From positions 224,001-288,000 of the forward strand of contig CAWEEQ010000001.1 in NCBI GenBank assembly GCA_963808235.1: a stretch of DNA of 64,000 nt, in the 5' to 3' direction. The stretch comes from an uncultured delta proteobacterium. GTDB taxonomy: Bacteria > Desulfobacterota > Binatia > Binatales > Binataceae. Both the position numbers and the translations under genes were made by a program. Position 1 is the stretch's first letter, and every line of letters begins with the position of its first letter. A model generated the notes under the pieces. The model was not told the DNA's origin. It did not search any database and saw only the letters and a program-made list of their open reading frames with translations. Shown here one piece after another: positions 9,882 through 19,962 of the stretch.

Positions 9882-9897
9882 TGGCATTGCGATTGCA
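9882..9897 (+). promoter_or_regulatory. Candidate sigma-54 (-24/-12) promoter
   Basis: TGGCATTGCGATTGCA = GG-N10-GC, close to TGGCAC-N5-TTGCW, 100 bp upstream of the FAD oxidase start. Confidence 0.4.
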
Positions 9898-9996
9898 CAT
9901 TGGTGCGCGGCACATCGGACAATCGCGCCGCACAAAAGGGGAGAGGCGCGCTGGTGTGGCGCTGAGCGGAACAGATTTGTGCGGCGCAGGGACTTA

Positions 9997-11892
9997 ATGA
10001 AGAGAAGAGCATTCTTGAAGGCGATTGGGGCGGCGGCGGTGGTGCCGTTCCTGCCGTTGTCGCGGAGGGTGTTGGCGGCTGGTGCGGCGTTTCGGCGGCG
10101 GCGGCCTTCTGATGCGGGATGGCCGTCGGACGGGGCGTGGAAGAAACTCAGTGACGCGGTTGGGGGAAATTTGATTAAGGTCGATTTTCCGCTTTCGGCG
10201 TTGAAGACCGATCCGGAAGGCGATGCCGCCAAGCAGCTGCTCAAGAATATCAGGAATCCATACTTTGTCGGCGATCAGCCGGGGCTCACGGAGACGCTCG
10301 GATGGGTTGACGCATGGGCGACCAAGCCGAGTGTTTACGCGGTCGCGGCGCGAAACGTTTTGGACATCGCGGCGGCGGTGAATTTTGCACGCGAAAACGA
10401 TTTGCGACTGGTGGTCAAGGGCGGCGGTCATAGCTACCAGGGCACCTCCAACGCGCCTGACTCGCTGCTGATTTGGACCCGGCACATGAACGATATCGAG
10501 ATGCACGACAAATTCGTTGCGCAAGGTTGTGAGCATACGATGCCTCCGTGTCCGGCGGTGAGTGTGGGCGCGGGAACGATCGGGATGCAGGCGTACGACG
10601 CGGTTACAACCAAAAGCGGGAAATACGTCCAGGGCGGAGGATGCACGACGGTGTGCCTGGGCGGGCTGGTGCAAAGCGGCGGCTTCGGCAGTTTCTCGAA
10701 GCATTACGGCACCGCCGCGGGGAGTCTGCTCGAAGCCGAAGTAGTCACCGCGGACGGCCAGATTCGAATCGCGAACGCATGCACGAATCCCGACTTGTTC
10801 TGGGCGCTGAAGGGCGGCGGCGGCGGGAGCTTCGGCGTGGTGAGTAAGATGACGCTCCGTGTTCACGATCTTCCCGAGTTCGTCGGTGTCGCCATGTTCA
10901 CGATCAGAGCGGCGTCCGATGATGCCTATCGGCGCCTGATCCGCGAGTTCGTGAGCTTCTACCGGGAGCATCTCTTCAACGACCATTGGGGAGAGCAGGC
11001 CCACGTGAACCCCGACAACACGCTTGTCATCAGCATGGTCTGCCACGGGTTGGACACTGAGCAGGCGAAAAAGACCTGGCAGCCGTTTCTCGACTGGGTG
11101 GCGGGTTCGCCCCACGATTATTCGCTTGAAGGGCGGAAGGCGATCGCAAGCCTACCGGCGCGACACTTCTGGGACGTGCAATGGTGGAAAGAGCATTGGC
11201 CTGAACTCGCTTTTCCTAATCCAAACGGGAATCTGCTGATCTCGATGTTGGACTTTGGACTCCGGCACGTGGTTCCGGAGCCGGTTCTGGAATTCGACAA
11301 TCGGCCGGGCGCGGGAGCTAATAACGCGTGGTGGAAAGGTGATGGCGGCCAGGTCGCATGGTTTATATGGAGTTTCGAGTCGCTGTGGATGCCAGCGTCG
11401 CTGCTCGAGAGTGACGCGCAACAGAAACTCGCGGACGCGTTGTACGCGGCCTCGCGCCATTCCGGGTTCGAACTGCATTTCAACAAGGGACTCGGCGGCG
11501 CGCCGGCCGACGCGATCGCGAGGGCAAAAGATACCGCGACCAATCCGGCGGTGCTGACCGCGTTCGCGCTGGCGATCGCGGCCAACGCGCAAGGGCCGGC
11601 GTATCCGGGAATGCCGGGGCATGAGCCATCGGTCGCGGAAGGACGGAAAGCGGCGGAGCGGGTCGATAAATGCGTGAGCGAGTTGCGTGCAATCGTGCCG
11701 AATCCGGGCGCGTACGTGAGCGAGAGCAATTATTTCGAGAAGGGATGGCAGCAAGCGTACTGGGGGAGCAATCACGCGCGGCTGGTGGAAATCAAAAAGA
11801 AGTACGATCCGGACGGGCTCTTCGTGGTGCATAACGGAGTCGGCTCGGAAGAGTGGAGCGCGGACGGCTTCACGAAGCTTACCCGACCCTGA
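9997..11892 (+). CDS. Tat-exported FAD-linked oxidase, berberine-bridge-enzyme-like (VAO/PCMH fold)
   Basis: Tat signal MKRRAFLK; KGGGHSY (covalent His); GGCTTV (second covalent Cys position); DLFWALKGGGG; C-terminal BBE motif YWGSN..RL..IKKKYDPDGLF. Confidence 0.92.
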   Translation: MKRRAFLKAIGAAAVVPFLPLSRRVLAAGAAFRRRRPSDAGWPSDGAWKKLSDAVGGNLIKVDFPLSALKTDPEGDAAKQLLKNIRNPYFVGDQPGLTETLGWVDAWATKPSVYAVAARNVLDIAAAVNFARENDLRLVVKGGGHSYQGTSNAPDSLLIWTRHMNDIEMHDKFVAQGCEHTMPPCPAVSVGAGTIGMQAYDAVTTKSGKYVQGGGCTTVCLGGLVQSGGFGSFSKHYGTAAGSLLEAEVVTADGQIRIANACTNPDLFWALKGGGGGSFGVVSKMTLRVHDLPEFVGVAMFTIRAASDDAYRRLIREFVSFYREHLFNDHWGEQAHVNPDNTLVISMVCHGLDTEQAKKTWQPFLDWVAGSPHDYSLEGRKAIASLPARHFWDVQWWKEHWPELAFPNPNGNLLISMLDFGLRHVVPEPVLEFDNRPGAGANNAWWKGDGGQVAWFIWSFESLWMPASLLESDAQQKLADALYAASRHSGFELHFNKGLGGAPADAIARAKDTATNPAVLTAFALAIAANAQGPAYPGMPGHEPSVAEGRKAAERVDKCVSELRAIVPNPGAYVSESNYFEKGWQQAYWGSNHARLVEIKKKYDPDGLFVVHNGVGSEEWSADGFTKLTRP

Positions 11893-11911
11893 CCCCTTCC
11901 CTCGAGGGAAG
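11887..11911 (+). repeat. Short/degenerate REP-like element related to family A
   Basis: CCCTGACCC-CTTCCC-TCGA-GGGAAG hairpin at the oxidase stop codon. Confidence 0.45.
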
Positions 11912-11955
11912 CGAACAAGAGTGGAGAGCAGCGACTTGAAAGGGAAGTTTTCATC

Positions 11956-13161
11956 ATGAATCAGGCGGCTGAGAATATTTATTTTAATCCGTGGGATCTG
12001 GCGTTTCGGGCTGATCCTTATCCTTATTACAAGCCGTTGCTGGCGGGGGCGCCGCGGGTTTTGGATTTGTTCGGGCCAGTAGGGTTGGTCACCCGTTATG
12101 CGGACGTCACGACCGTGCTGCGCGACCATGCGCACTTTTCCAGCGTGCGGCCGCGCGATCCCAACGAGGCTCCGAACGAGGGACCGTTTGCGGGAGCGCG
12201 GACGATGCTCTTTTCCGATCCGCCGATGCATACGCGGCTGCGCCGGCTGGTCTCGCGCGATTTCACGCCGCGGAGAATCCGCGAGATGGAGCCGCGGATT
12301 CGAACGATCGCGCGCGAGCTTACCGAGGCGGCGGCGCGAAGGGGCGAGCTCGAGGTGATGACGGGAATTGCGAACCCGCTGCCGGTGATGGTGATCGCGG
12401 AGATGCTCGGCGTTCCGCCGGACCATTATGAGCGCTTCAAGCATTGGTCGGACACGGTGGTCTCGGGCGACAACACGTTGCCGGGGACTCCGCTGCCGGA
12501 GGAGTTTCATACTGCGACGCGCGCGCTGAGAAATTATTTTGCCGAAGAGATCGAGGCGCGGCGCAAGAGTCCAGGCGCCGATTTGGTTAGCGCGCTGGTC
12601 GCGGCGCACGACGATGCGGAAGCGATGACTGCCGACGAGCTGCTTGCCTTCGTGCTTCTTTTGCTGCTCGCGGGCAACGAGACGACCACCAATTTGATCG
12701 GCAACGGGATGCTCGCGCTGGCGCGGAATCCCGAGCAGCTCGAGAGGCTTCGGAAAACGCCGGAGCTGATGCCGCGCGCGATCGAGGAGATCCTGCGCTA
12801 CGACGGGCCGGTGCAATCGACGATTCGGTTCACGAAGGAAGAGATCAATCTCGGCGGGACGGCGCTGCCGGCCGGGCTGGGATGCTTCACGATTCTTGCG
12901 GCGGCGAATCGCGATCCGGCGCAGTTCGAGAATCCCGATCGTTTCGACATCATGCGCGAGCCTCGCGATCATGTTGCGCTCGGCGAGGGGATACATTTTT
13001 GTATCGGGGCGCCGCTGGCGCGGATGGAGGGAGCGATCGCGATTGGCGCGATGCTGGAGAGGTTTCCGCGGTTGAGGATTAAAGATCCGAATGCGGGAGT
13101 GATCTACAAAGGGTCTTATTTTCTTCGCGGGCTGAACGCACTTAATATGGCGATCGATTGA
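11956..13161 (+). CDS. Cytochrome P450 (paralog 2)
   Basis: AGNETT, EEILR, LGEGIHFCIG. Confidence 0.97.
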   Translation: MNQAAENIYFNPWDLAFRADPYPYYKPLLAGAPRVLDLFGPVGLVTRYADVTTVLRDHAHFSSVRPRDPNEAPNEGPFAGARTMLFSDPPMHTRLRRLVSRDFTPRRIREMEPRIRTIARELTEAAARRGELEVMTGIANPLPVMVIAEMLGVPPDHYERFKHWSDTVVSGDNTLPGTPLPEEFHTATRALRNYFAEEIEARRKSPGADLVSALVAAHDDAEAMTADELLAFVLLLLLAGNETTTNLIGNGMLALARNPEQLERLRKTPELMPRAIEEILRYDGPVQSTIRFTKEEINLGGTALPAGLGCFTILAAANRDPAQFENPDRFDIMREPRDHVALGEGIHFCIGAPLARMEGAIAIGAMLERFPRLRIKDPNAGVIYKGSYFLRGLNALNMAID

Positions 13162-13178
13162 GCATTAAAGGGGCGAGC

Positions 13179-14378
13179 ATGGCCGAAGAAATCGTTTTCA
13201 ATCCTTGGGACCCGGAATTTCGGGCTAACCCGTATCCGCACTATGGTGCGCTGCTCTCGGGGCCGCCGCGGGTTATGTCGTTTGGAGCGATGCCGGGCGC
13301 GATTGTGGCTCGCTATGCAGATGTGACTGCGGCGCTTTCCGATTACCAGCACTTCTCAAACGTTCCGCCGGCTCCGCCTGAGAACGCCTACAAGGGACCC
13401 TTCTATCCGTCGCGTGACTTGCTCGGGCAAGATCCACCGGAGCACAGCCGGCTGCGGCGGCTCATCAGCCGCGACTTCACGCCCAAGCGCATCCGCGAGC
13501 TGGAGCCCCGCATCCGCGAAATCGCAGGAAATATCTTCGCGCGCGCGAGCGAACACGGAGAGTTTGATGTCATGAGGGACCTTGCCAATGTCCTGCCAGT
13601 GATGGTGATAGCGGAGATGCTTGGAGTCCCACCAGAGAAATACGCGATGTTCAAGGACTGGTCCGATCGGGTTATCGAAGGCGGCAACCAATTTCCAGGC
13701 GCGACCGCGCCGGCGCCAGAAGTGATCGAAGCGATCGAATCGCTGGCGAAATATTTCCGGGAGGAAGTCGCGCGACGACGCAAGCATCCGGGACCGGACC
13801 TGGTCAGCGCGCTGGTCGCCGCGCGTGACCAAGCCGATGCGCTGAGCGAGGTCGCTTTGGTTCAGTTCGTCGTGCTGCTCCTGCTGGCGGGAAATGAGAC
13901 CACCACCAATCTCATCGGTAATGGGACGCTGGCCCTGATGCGACATCCCGAGCAGCTTGCGCTGCTTCGGCGCGAACCGTCAGCGCTGTCGCGCGCGATC
14001 GAGGAGATGCTCCGTTACGATCCGCCGGTTCAGGCGAGCGGCCGATTCACGACTGCGAGCGTCAGCCTCGGCGGGGCACAGATTCCCGCCGGCGCGCTCG
14101 CCGTCATGGTCTTAGCGGCGGCGAATCGCGACCCGGCGCAATTCAAGGATCCGGAGAAGTTCGACATCGCGCGCGATCCCAACGATCACGTGGCATTCGG
14201 CGAGGGGATACATTTTTGCATCGGCGCACCGCTCGCGCGGATGGAGGCGAGGATCTCGTTCGAGGCGATGCTGGAGCGGTTTCCGCGGCTCTCGTTGAAA
14301 GATCCGGCGATCAAGCCGAAATACAAAGGCTCGTACTTTCTGCGCGGGCTCGAATCGCTGCCGCTGACAATCGAGTAG
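13179..14378 (+). CDS. Cytochrome P450 (paralog 3)
   Basis: AGNETT, EEMLR, FGEGIHFCIG; ATG at 13179. Confidence 0.97.
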   Translation: MAEEIVFNPWDPEFRANPYPHYGALLSGPPRVMSFGAMPGAIVARYADVTAALSDYQHFSNVPPAPPENAYKGPFYPSRDLLGQDPPEHSRLRRLISRDFTPKRIRELEPRIREIAGNIFARASEHGEFDVMRDLANVLPVMVIAEMLGVPPEKYAMFKDWSDRVIEGGNQFPGATAPAPEVIEAIESLAKYFREEVARRRKHPGPDLVSALVAARDQADALSEVALVQFVVLLLLAGNETTTNLIGNGTLALMRHPEQLALLRREPSALSRAIEEMLRYDPPVQASGRFTTASVSLGGAQIPAGALAVMVLAAANRDPAQFKDPEKFDIARDPNDHVAFGEGIHFCIGAPLARMEARISFEAMLERFPRLSLKDPAIKPKYKGSYFLRGLESLPLTIE

Positions 14379-15707
14379 ATGATGATGGATCCCGCAGTCG
14401 CACCGGATTTGAAACCCGAGACCGAGCTCGAAATCGAGGAAGGGCGCAAGAGTATCCATCTTGGGCTGCTCGGGCGGACGCCGCCGTTCACCAAGCGACA
14501 GCGGCGGGTGTTCTGGATTGCGTCGACGGCGGGATTTTTCGATCAATACGATCGGGCGCTGCTAGGTCTCGCGCTGAAACAGATCCAGAACGGGCTCAAA
14601 ATTGCAGAGTCGCATCTTGGCGCGATGCTCTCGATCATGCGGCTCGGCTACCTGTTGTCGATGCTGATGACACCGTTCGCGGACGTGTTCGGGCGCCGGC
14701 GCCTGCTGCTCTACACGATAATCGGCTACACGATTTTCACCGGGCTAATCGCGATCGCGCCGGGAGAGAGGACGTTCGTCGCGTTCGAGATGATTGCGCG
14801 CGCGTTCGCGGGCGCGGAAGCGGCGATCGCGATGGTGATAGTGGCGGAGGAAGTCGACGCGGCGAATCGCGGTTGGGCGATCGGGCTGCTGGGCGCGGTA
14901 TCGAATACCGGATACGGACTCGCGGCGGTCGTGTTTGCATTCGTAAACGTGATTCCTTACGGATGGCGCGGGTTGTACGCGATCGCGCTGGTGCCGCTGG
15001 TGTTGCTCATTCCGCTGCGCCGAGTGCTGCCGGAGAGCGCGCGGTTCGAGAAGGAGAAGCTCGAAGGGCTGCGGCCGGTGAAAATCTGGGAGCCGGTTGC
15101 GCAATTGTACAGCGCCTATCCGGGGCGGCTGATGATGATGTTGTCGGTTTCGTTTCTGGGCTCGATGGGCGGCAACGCGGCGGGAATTCTATTTTCAAAG
15201 TTTCTGCAGGAGGCGCATCACTGGTCGCCGGGCAGGGTGTCGTCGCTCTATATATTTGGCGGCGCGATCGGAATTTTAGGATCGATCGTGGCGGGGCGGC
15301 TGAGCGATCGATACGGGCGGCGCACGATGTGCATGGTGTTCATGTTCTTCGCGCCGGCGTTGACAATCTGGATATACACAGCGCCGGGCTGGTCGATCGT
15401 GCCGGCGTGGATACTGGAACTGTTTTGCGACGTCGCGTCGGGCACGATCCTGGGTGCCTACAGCGCTGAATTGTTTCCGACCTCGTATCGATCGACGGCG
15501 GGGAGCGCGCTGGCGGTCGCAGGCACGACGGGCGGTGCGCTTGGATTGTTCTTAGAGGGCAAGCTCTACGATCTCACCGGCTCGCACGCGCGTGCGATCT
15601 GCTACCTGACGGTGTTCTGGATAATCGCGCCGGCGATCATGTGGTTCTTTCCGGAGACGTCGGGACGCGAGCTGGAAGAGATCTCGCCGGAAGCGAACGC
15701 GAGCTGA
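14379..15707 (+). CDS. MFS transporter (sugar porter/AAHS-like)
   Basis: ADVFGRRR and SDRYGRR motif A, LPESARF, AELFPTSYRSTA, PETSGRELEEI. Confidence 0.92.
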   Translation: MMMDPAVAPDLKPETELEIEEGRKSIHLGLLGRTPPFTKRQRRVFWIASTAGFFDQYDRALLGLALKQIQNGLKIAESHLGAMLSIMRLGYLLSMLMTPFADVFGRRRLLLYTIIGYTIFTGLIAIAPGERTFVAFEMIARAFAGAEAAIAMVIVAEEVDAANRGWAIGLLGAVSNTGYGLAAVVFAFVNVIPYGWRGLYAIALVPLVLLIPLRRVLPESARFEKEKLEGLRPVKIWEPVAQLYSAYPGRLMMMLSVSFLGSMGGNAAGILFSKFLQEAHHWSPGRVSSLYIFGGAIGILGSIVAGRLSDRYGRRTMCMVFMFFAPALTIWIYTAPGWSIVPAWILELFCDVASGTILGAYSAELFPTSYRSTAGSALAVAGTTGGALGLFLEGKLYDLTGSHARAICYLTVFWIIAPAIMWFFPETSGRELEEISPEANAS

Positions 15708-15761
15708 TTTCCTCAGGGCGCATCGACGCGCTAGATTTGCGTTTCGAGGTCGGAAGACAGA

Positions 15762-16232
15762 TTGCATCCACGATTGCGCCGTCTAAACGCATCACTCGCG
15801 CTGTCCGTCCTGATGCTCGTGCTGCTCGGATGCGCACGAGGTCCGTGCGTTACGATCGTCTCCCCGGATGGCGATGCGCGCGCGACGGTTGCGGTCGAAG
15901 TGGCGGACACGTTCGCGCAGCGGCAGCATGGGCTGATGTTTCGCAATCACCTGGATGAGAATGCGGGGATGATCTTTGTTTTTCCGGATTCGGCGCCGCG
16001 GAATTTCTGGATGCACAATACCAAGATTCCGCTCGATATGATTTTCGTGAACTCGTCGTTCCGGGTGATCGGAATCGTGGCAAATGCGCAGCCGGAGACC
16101 GATACGCTGCGCGGAGTCGATGGTGCGTCGCAGTACGTGCTGGAAGTAAGCGGCGGATTTTGCGCAAAAAATGGAATCAGGGCCGGCGATCGATTCGATT
16201 TTTCAAACTTTTATCCGCACGCTTCGGAATAA
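15762..16232 (+). CDS. DUF192 family protein with lipoprotein signal
   Basis: LLGC lipobox; VEVADT..RQHGLMFR, GMIFVF, FWMHNTKIPLDMIF, YVLEV.GG. Confidence 0.9.
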   Translation: MHPRLRRLNASLALSVLMLVLLGCARGPCVTIVSPDGDARATVAVEVADTFAQRQHGLMFRNHLDENAGMIFVFPDSAPRNFWMHNTKIPLDMIFVNSSFRVIGIVANAQPETDTLRGVDGASQYVLEVSGGFCAKNGIRAGDRFDFSNFYPHASE

Positions 16233-16309
16233 GGCGTGCGCTTTAACCGGTCGGCGACATGGGGTATCTATCTTTCCGGTGGCGCTTGCCGGTGGCGCAG
16301 TTGTGACTA

Positions 16310-17845
16310 ATGGGCCTTAAAGAAAATATCGAACAATTAAGTCGGCTCGCACGTGAAGCGGAAGCCGCGGGCGGCGAAGAGCGGCTCAAGAAGCAGCATG
16401 CGCAGGGACGGATGACTGCGCGCGAGCGGGTGGAATTTTTGCTCGACCGCGGATCGTTCGTCGAGATCGACAAGTTCAAGACGCATCGAATAACCGACTT
16501 CGACATGGCGGAGAGAAAAATTCCCGGCGACGGCGTGGTCACGGGATACGGCACGATCGACGGGCGGCGGGTGTGTATCTTCAGCCACGACTTCACGGTG
16601 TTCGGCGGGAGCCTGTCGGGGGCGTTCGCGGAGAAGGTCTGCAAGGTGATGGACCTCGCGGCGAAGACGGGATGCCCGGTCGTCGGCCTCAATGACGGCA
16701 GCGGTGCGCGAATCCAGGAGGGCGTGGTCTCGCTCGCGGGGTACGCGGATATTTTTCTGCGCAACGTGATGTCGTCAGGGGTTGTGCCGCAAATTTCCGC
16801 GATCATGGGACCGTGCGCGGGCGGCGCGGTGTATTCACCGGCGATGACGGACTTTATCGTGATGGTGCGCGATACCTCATACATGTTTATCACCGGGCCC
16901 GACGTGATCAGGGCGACGACGCATGAAGAGGTGACGATGCAGGAACTCGGCGGCGCCGATACGCATAGCCAGAAATCGGGAGTGTGCCATCTGGAGGTCG
17001 ACGACGATCAGGGTGCACTCGCGATGATTCGCGAGCTGCTTTCGTACATGCCGTCTAATAATGTTGAAGACCCGCCGTTCGTGACGAGCGGTGACGATCC
17101 CGCGCGCGCGGACGCGGAGCTCGACACGATCGTTCCCGAGAATCCCAACAAAGCTTACGACATGGGCGAGATCATCCGGCGCGTGGTCGATGACGGGCAT
17201 TTTCTGGAAGTGCAAAAGGACTACGCGCACAACATGTTGATCGGGTTTGCACGCTTGGGCGGCTACTCGGTTGGAGTGGTCGCGAATCAGCCGGCGTTTC
17301 TGGCGGGATGCCTCGATATCGATTCGTCGGTGAAAGCCGCGCGATTCGTGCGCTTCTGCGACGCGTTCAATATCCCGATTGTCACGTTCGTCGACGTGCC
17401 CGGATTCCTGCCCGGCACCGTGCAGGAGTTCGCCGGAATTATCAGGCATGGCGCGAAGCTGCTCTACGCGTTCTGCGAGGCGACGGTGCCAAAGGTCACG
17501 GTGATCACGCGCAAGGCATACGGCGGTGCGTACGACGTCATGTCGTCGAAGCATATTCGCGGCGATTTCAACTTCGCGTATCCGAGCGCGGAGATCGCGG
17601 TGATGGGTCCGGAGCAGGCGATCAATATTCTGTACCGAAACGAGCTGAAGACCGGGGAACGCGCGCAACTGGTCGAGGACTATCGCAGGAAGTTTGCGAA
17701 TCCGTTCAAGGCGGCAGAGCTTGGCTATATAGACGAAGTGATCATGCCGCGCGACACGCGGTCGAAGGTAATCTCGGCGCTCAAGGCGCTCGAGAATAAA
17801 CGTGACAAGAATCCGGCGCGCAAGCACGGCAATATTCCACTTTAG
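16310..17845 (+). CDS. pccB: Acyl-CoA (propionyl-CoA) carboxylase, carboxyltransferase subunit
   Basis: [54 protein letters not shown]. Confidence 0.93.
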   Translation: MGLKENIEQLSRLAREAEAAGGEERLKKQHAQGRMTARERVEFLLDRGSFVEIDKFKTHRITDFDMAERKIPGDGVVTGYGTIDGRRVCIFSHDFTVFGGSLSGAFAEKVCKVMDLAAKTGCPVVGLNDGSGARIQEGVVSLAGYADIFLRNVMSSGVVPQISAIMGPCAGGAVYSPAMTDFIVMVRDTSYMFITGPDVIRATTHEEVTMQELGGADTHSQKSGVCHLEVDDDQGALAMIRELLSYMPSNNVEDPPFVTSGDDPARADAELDTIVPENPNKAYDMGEIIRRVVDDGHFLEVQKDYAHNMLIGFARLGGYSVGVVANQPAFLAGCLDIDSSVKAARFVRFCDAFNIPIVTFVDVPGFLPGTVQEFAGIIRHGAKLLYAFCEATVPKVTVITRKAYGGAYDVMSSKHIRGDFNFAYPSAEIAVMGPEQAINILYRNELKTGERAQLVEDYRRKFANPFKAAELGYIDEVIMPRDTRSKVISALKALENKRDKNPARKHGNIPL

Positions 17846-17907
17846 GCGGCGTCGATCCGGCCACGGCGCGATTAGCTCGCGCCGAACGGATTCAGTATAA
17901 AAGATTG

Positions 17908-19434
17908 ATGTTCAAGCGTGTGCTTATCGCCAACCGCGGAGAGATCGCGGTGCGGATTATCCGCGCCTGCCGCGAGTTGGGAATCGAATCGGTCGCCGTG
18001 TATTCGGAGGCCGATCGCGCGGCGCTGCACGTGCGCGAGGCCGATCATGCTTGCCTGGTTGGTCCGGCGCCGGCCGCTGAGAGTTATCTCAACACCGAGA
18101 AAATTCTCGAGGCTGCGAAACGCACCCAGGCCGACGCGGTTCATCCGGGTTACGGATTTTTCTCGGAGCGCGCAGCGTTTGCGCGCTCGGTGCAAAATGC
18201 CGGCCTCACCTGGATTGGGCCGCCGCCTGAAGCGATCGAGCGGATGGGCGATAAGGTCGAGGCGCGCAAGATCATGTCGGCGGCCGGAGTTCCGGTCGTT
18301 CCGGGCTCGCCGGGTACGCTGGAGACGGAGGCGGAAGTAGCGGCGATCGCGAAAAAGATCGGATATCCGATCATGGTCAAGGCCGCGGCGGGCGGAGGCG
18401 GCAAGGGGCTGCGCTTCGTCGAGAGCGGCAAGGATCTCGCGTCGATCGTGCGGATGGTTTCGAGCGAGGCGAAGGCGTCATTCGGCGACGGCCGCTTTTA
18501 TGTCGAGAAATTTCTGAAGCAACCGCGTCATATAGAAGTGCAGGTGCTGGCCGATTCGCATGGCAACACGGTGCACGTCTTTGAGCGCGAGTGCTCGATA
18601 CAGCGGCGGCATCAGAAGGTTGTCGAGGAGTCGCCGTCGCCGTTTATCACCGCAAAGATGCGCGCCGAGATGGGAGAAGTCGCGGTGCGGGCGGCGAAGG
18701 CGGTCAACTATGTCAGCGCGGGAACGATCGAGTTCCTGGTCGATGCGGAGCGCAACTTTTATTTCCTCGAGATGAATACGCGAATTCAGGTCGAGCATCC
18801 GGTAACAGAATTGGTTACAGGCATAGACCTGGTACGCACGCAAATCGAAATTGCGGCGGGGGCGAAACTGCCGTTCAAGCAGAAAGACCTCGCGCAGCGC
18901 GGATGGGCGATCGAATGTCGCATCTACGCGGAGGATCCGTCGGCGGGATTCGTGCCGGCGCCGGGAAAAATCGAGACGCTCAGGTTTCCGAGCGGGCCCG
19001 GGATTCGCAATGACGCCGGCGTTTACGAGGGCGCGGAGGTGCCGGTCTTTTACGATCCGATGATCTCGAAGCTGGCGGTCTGGGGCGCCGATCGTGAGCA
19101 GGCGATCGACCGGATGCGGCGCGCGCTCGGTGAGTTCGTAATTTCCGGCGAGCTGCGGACCAACCTGGATTTCCATCGCTGGATAGTGACGCAGCCGAAG
19201 TTTCTCAAGGGTGATTTCGACACGAACTTTATCAATCAGGAATTTCATCCCAATGGTTCCGCAAGTTCCAATGGCGCTGCGCCGCACGGAGCGGAGCTGG
19301 CGGCGATTTTTCTTGCGGCGATCGCGGCGCAGAAAAACACCAATCACGCGGGCGCCGGCGCCGCGCAGCCGCCGGCCTCACCACCAGCGTCGGCATGGCG
19401 GACGCTGGGCCGGCTCGACATGCTGCGGAGATAG
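17908..19434 (+). CDS. accC: Biotin carboxylase subunit of acyl-CoA carboxylase
   Basis: LIANRGEIA, HPGYGFFSE, GGGGKG, ERECSIQRRHQK, EMNTRIQVEHPVTE. Confidence 0.93.
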   Translation: MFKRVLIANRGEIAVRIIRACRELGIESVAVYSEADRAALHVREADHACLVGPAPAAESYLNTEKILEAAKRTQADAVHPGYGFFSERAAFARSVQNAGLTWIGPPPEAIERMGDKVEARKIMSAAGVPVVPGSPGTLETEAEVAAIAKKIGYPIMVKAAAGGGGKGLRFVESGKDLASIVRMVSSEAKASFGDGRFYVEKFLKQPRHIEVQVLADSHGNTVHVFERECSIQRRHQKVVEESPSPFITAKMRAEMGEVAVRAAKAVNYVSAGTIEFLVDAERNFYFLEMNTRIQVEHPVTELVTGIDLVRTQIEIAAGAKLPFKQKDLAQRGWAIECRIYAEDPSAGFVPAPGKIETLRFPSGPGIRNDAGVYEGAEVPVFYDPMISKLAVWGADREQAIDRMRRALGEFVISGELRTNLDFHRWIVTQPKFLKGDFDTNFINQEFHPNGSASSNGAAPHGAELAAIFLAAIAAQKNTNHAGAGAAQPPASPPASAWRTLGRLDMLRR

Positions 19435-19443
19435 CACGCGACC

Positions 19444-19947
19444 ATGCGATACGTTGCAACCCTGGAAGGCGCGGAACATGAAATTGAAGTCGAAGAGCTG
19501 AGCGCCGGCTCGTTCGCGATTCGTTTCGGGGCGGATCGCTTCGAGGCCGATCTGCGCAAGGTGGGTCCGGCGTCGTTTTCGGTGATCGTCGATAACCGCT
19601 CGTTCGATTTCGACGTGGTGCGCGACGGCGAGGAAACCGTGGTCGCATCGCGGACCGGATCGCGCCGGCTGACGCTGGTCGATTCGGCGCGGCGTGCGGC
19701 GCGCGGGACCGCGCGGCGTCGCGAGGTCACCGGCCGAGTGGAGATCAAAGCATCGATGCCTGGCAGGGTCGTGAATGTGCTGGTCGCAGCGGGCGACGAA
19801 GTTAAGGAGGGACAGGGGATCGTCGTGGTCGAAGCGATGAAACTGGAAAATGAACTGAAATCGCCAAAAGCGGGTAAAGTAGTGGAAGTGAAAGTGGTTG
19901 CGGGCCAGACCGTGGAGAAGGGCGAGTTGATGATTGTAATCGATTAG
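19444..19947 (+). CDS. Biotin carboxyl carrier protein
   Basis: MPGRVV and EAMKLENE biotinylation motif. Confidence 0.92.
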   Translation: MRYVATLEGAEHEIEVEELSAGSFAIRFGADRFEADLRKVGPASFSVIVDNRSFDFDVVRDGEETVVASRTGSRRLTLVDSARRAARGTARRREVTGRVEIKASMPGRVVNVLVAAGDEVKEGQGIVVVEAMKLENELKSPKAGKVVEVKVVAGQTVEKGELMIVID

Positions 19948-19962
19948 GCGGGGCAACTGACG

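Noticed and set aside
11152-12996. 614-aa minus-strand ORF (and similar long antisense ORFs such as 5428-6372, 16877-17827, 20113-21051, 37008-38222)
   Set aside because: Antisense shadows of well-supported genes, expected in high-GC DNA; no recognisable motifs
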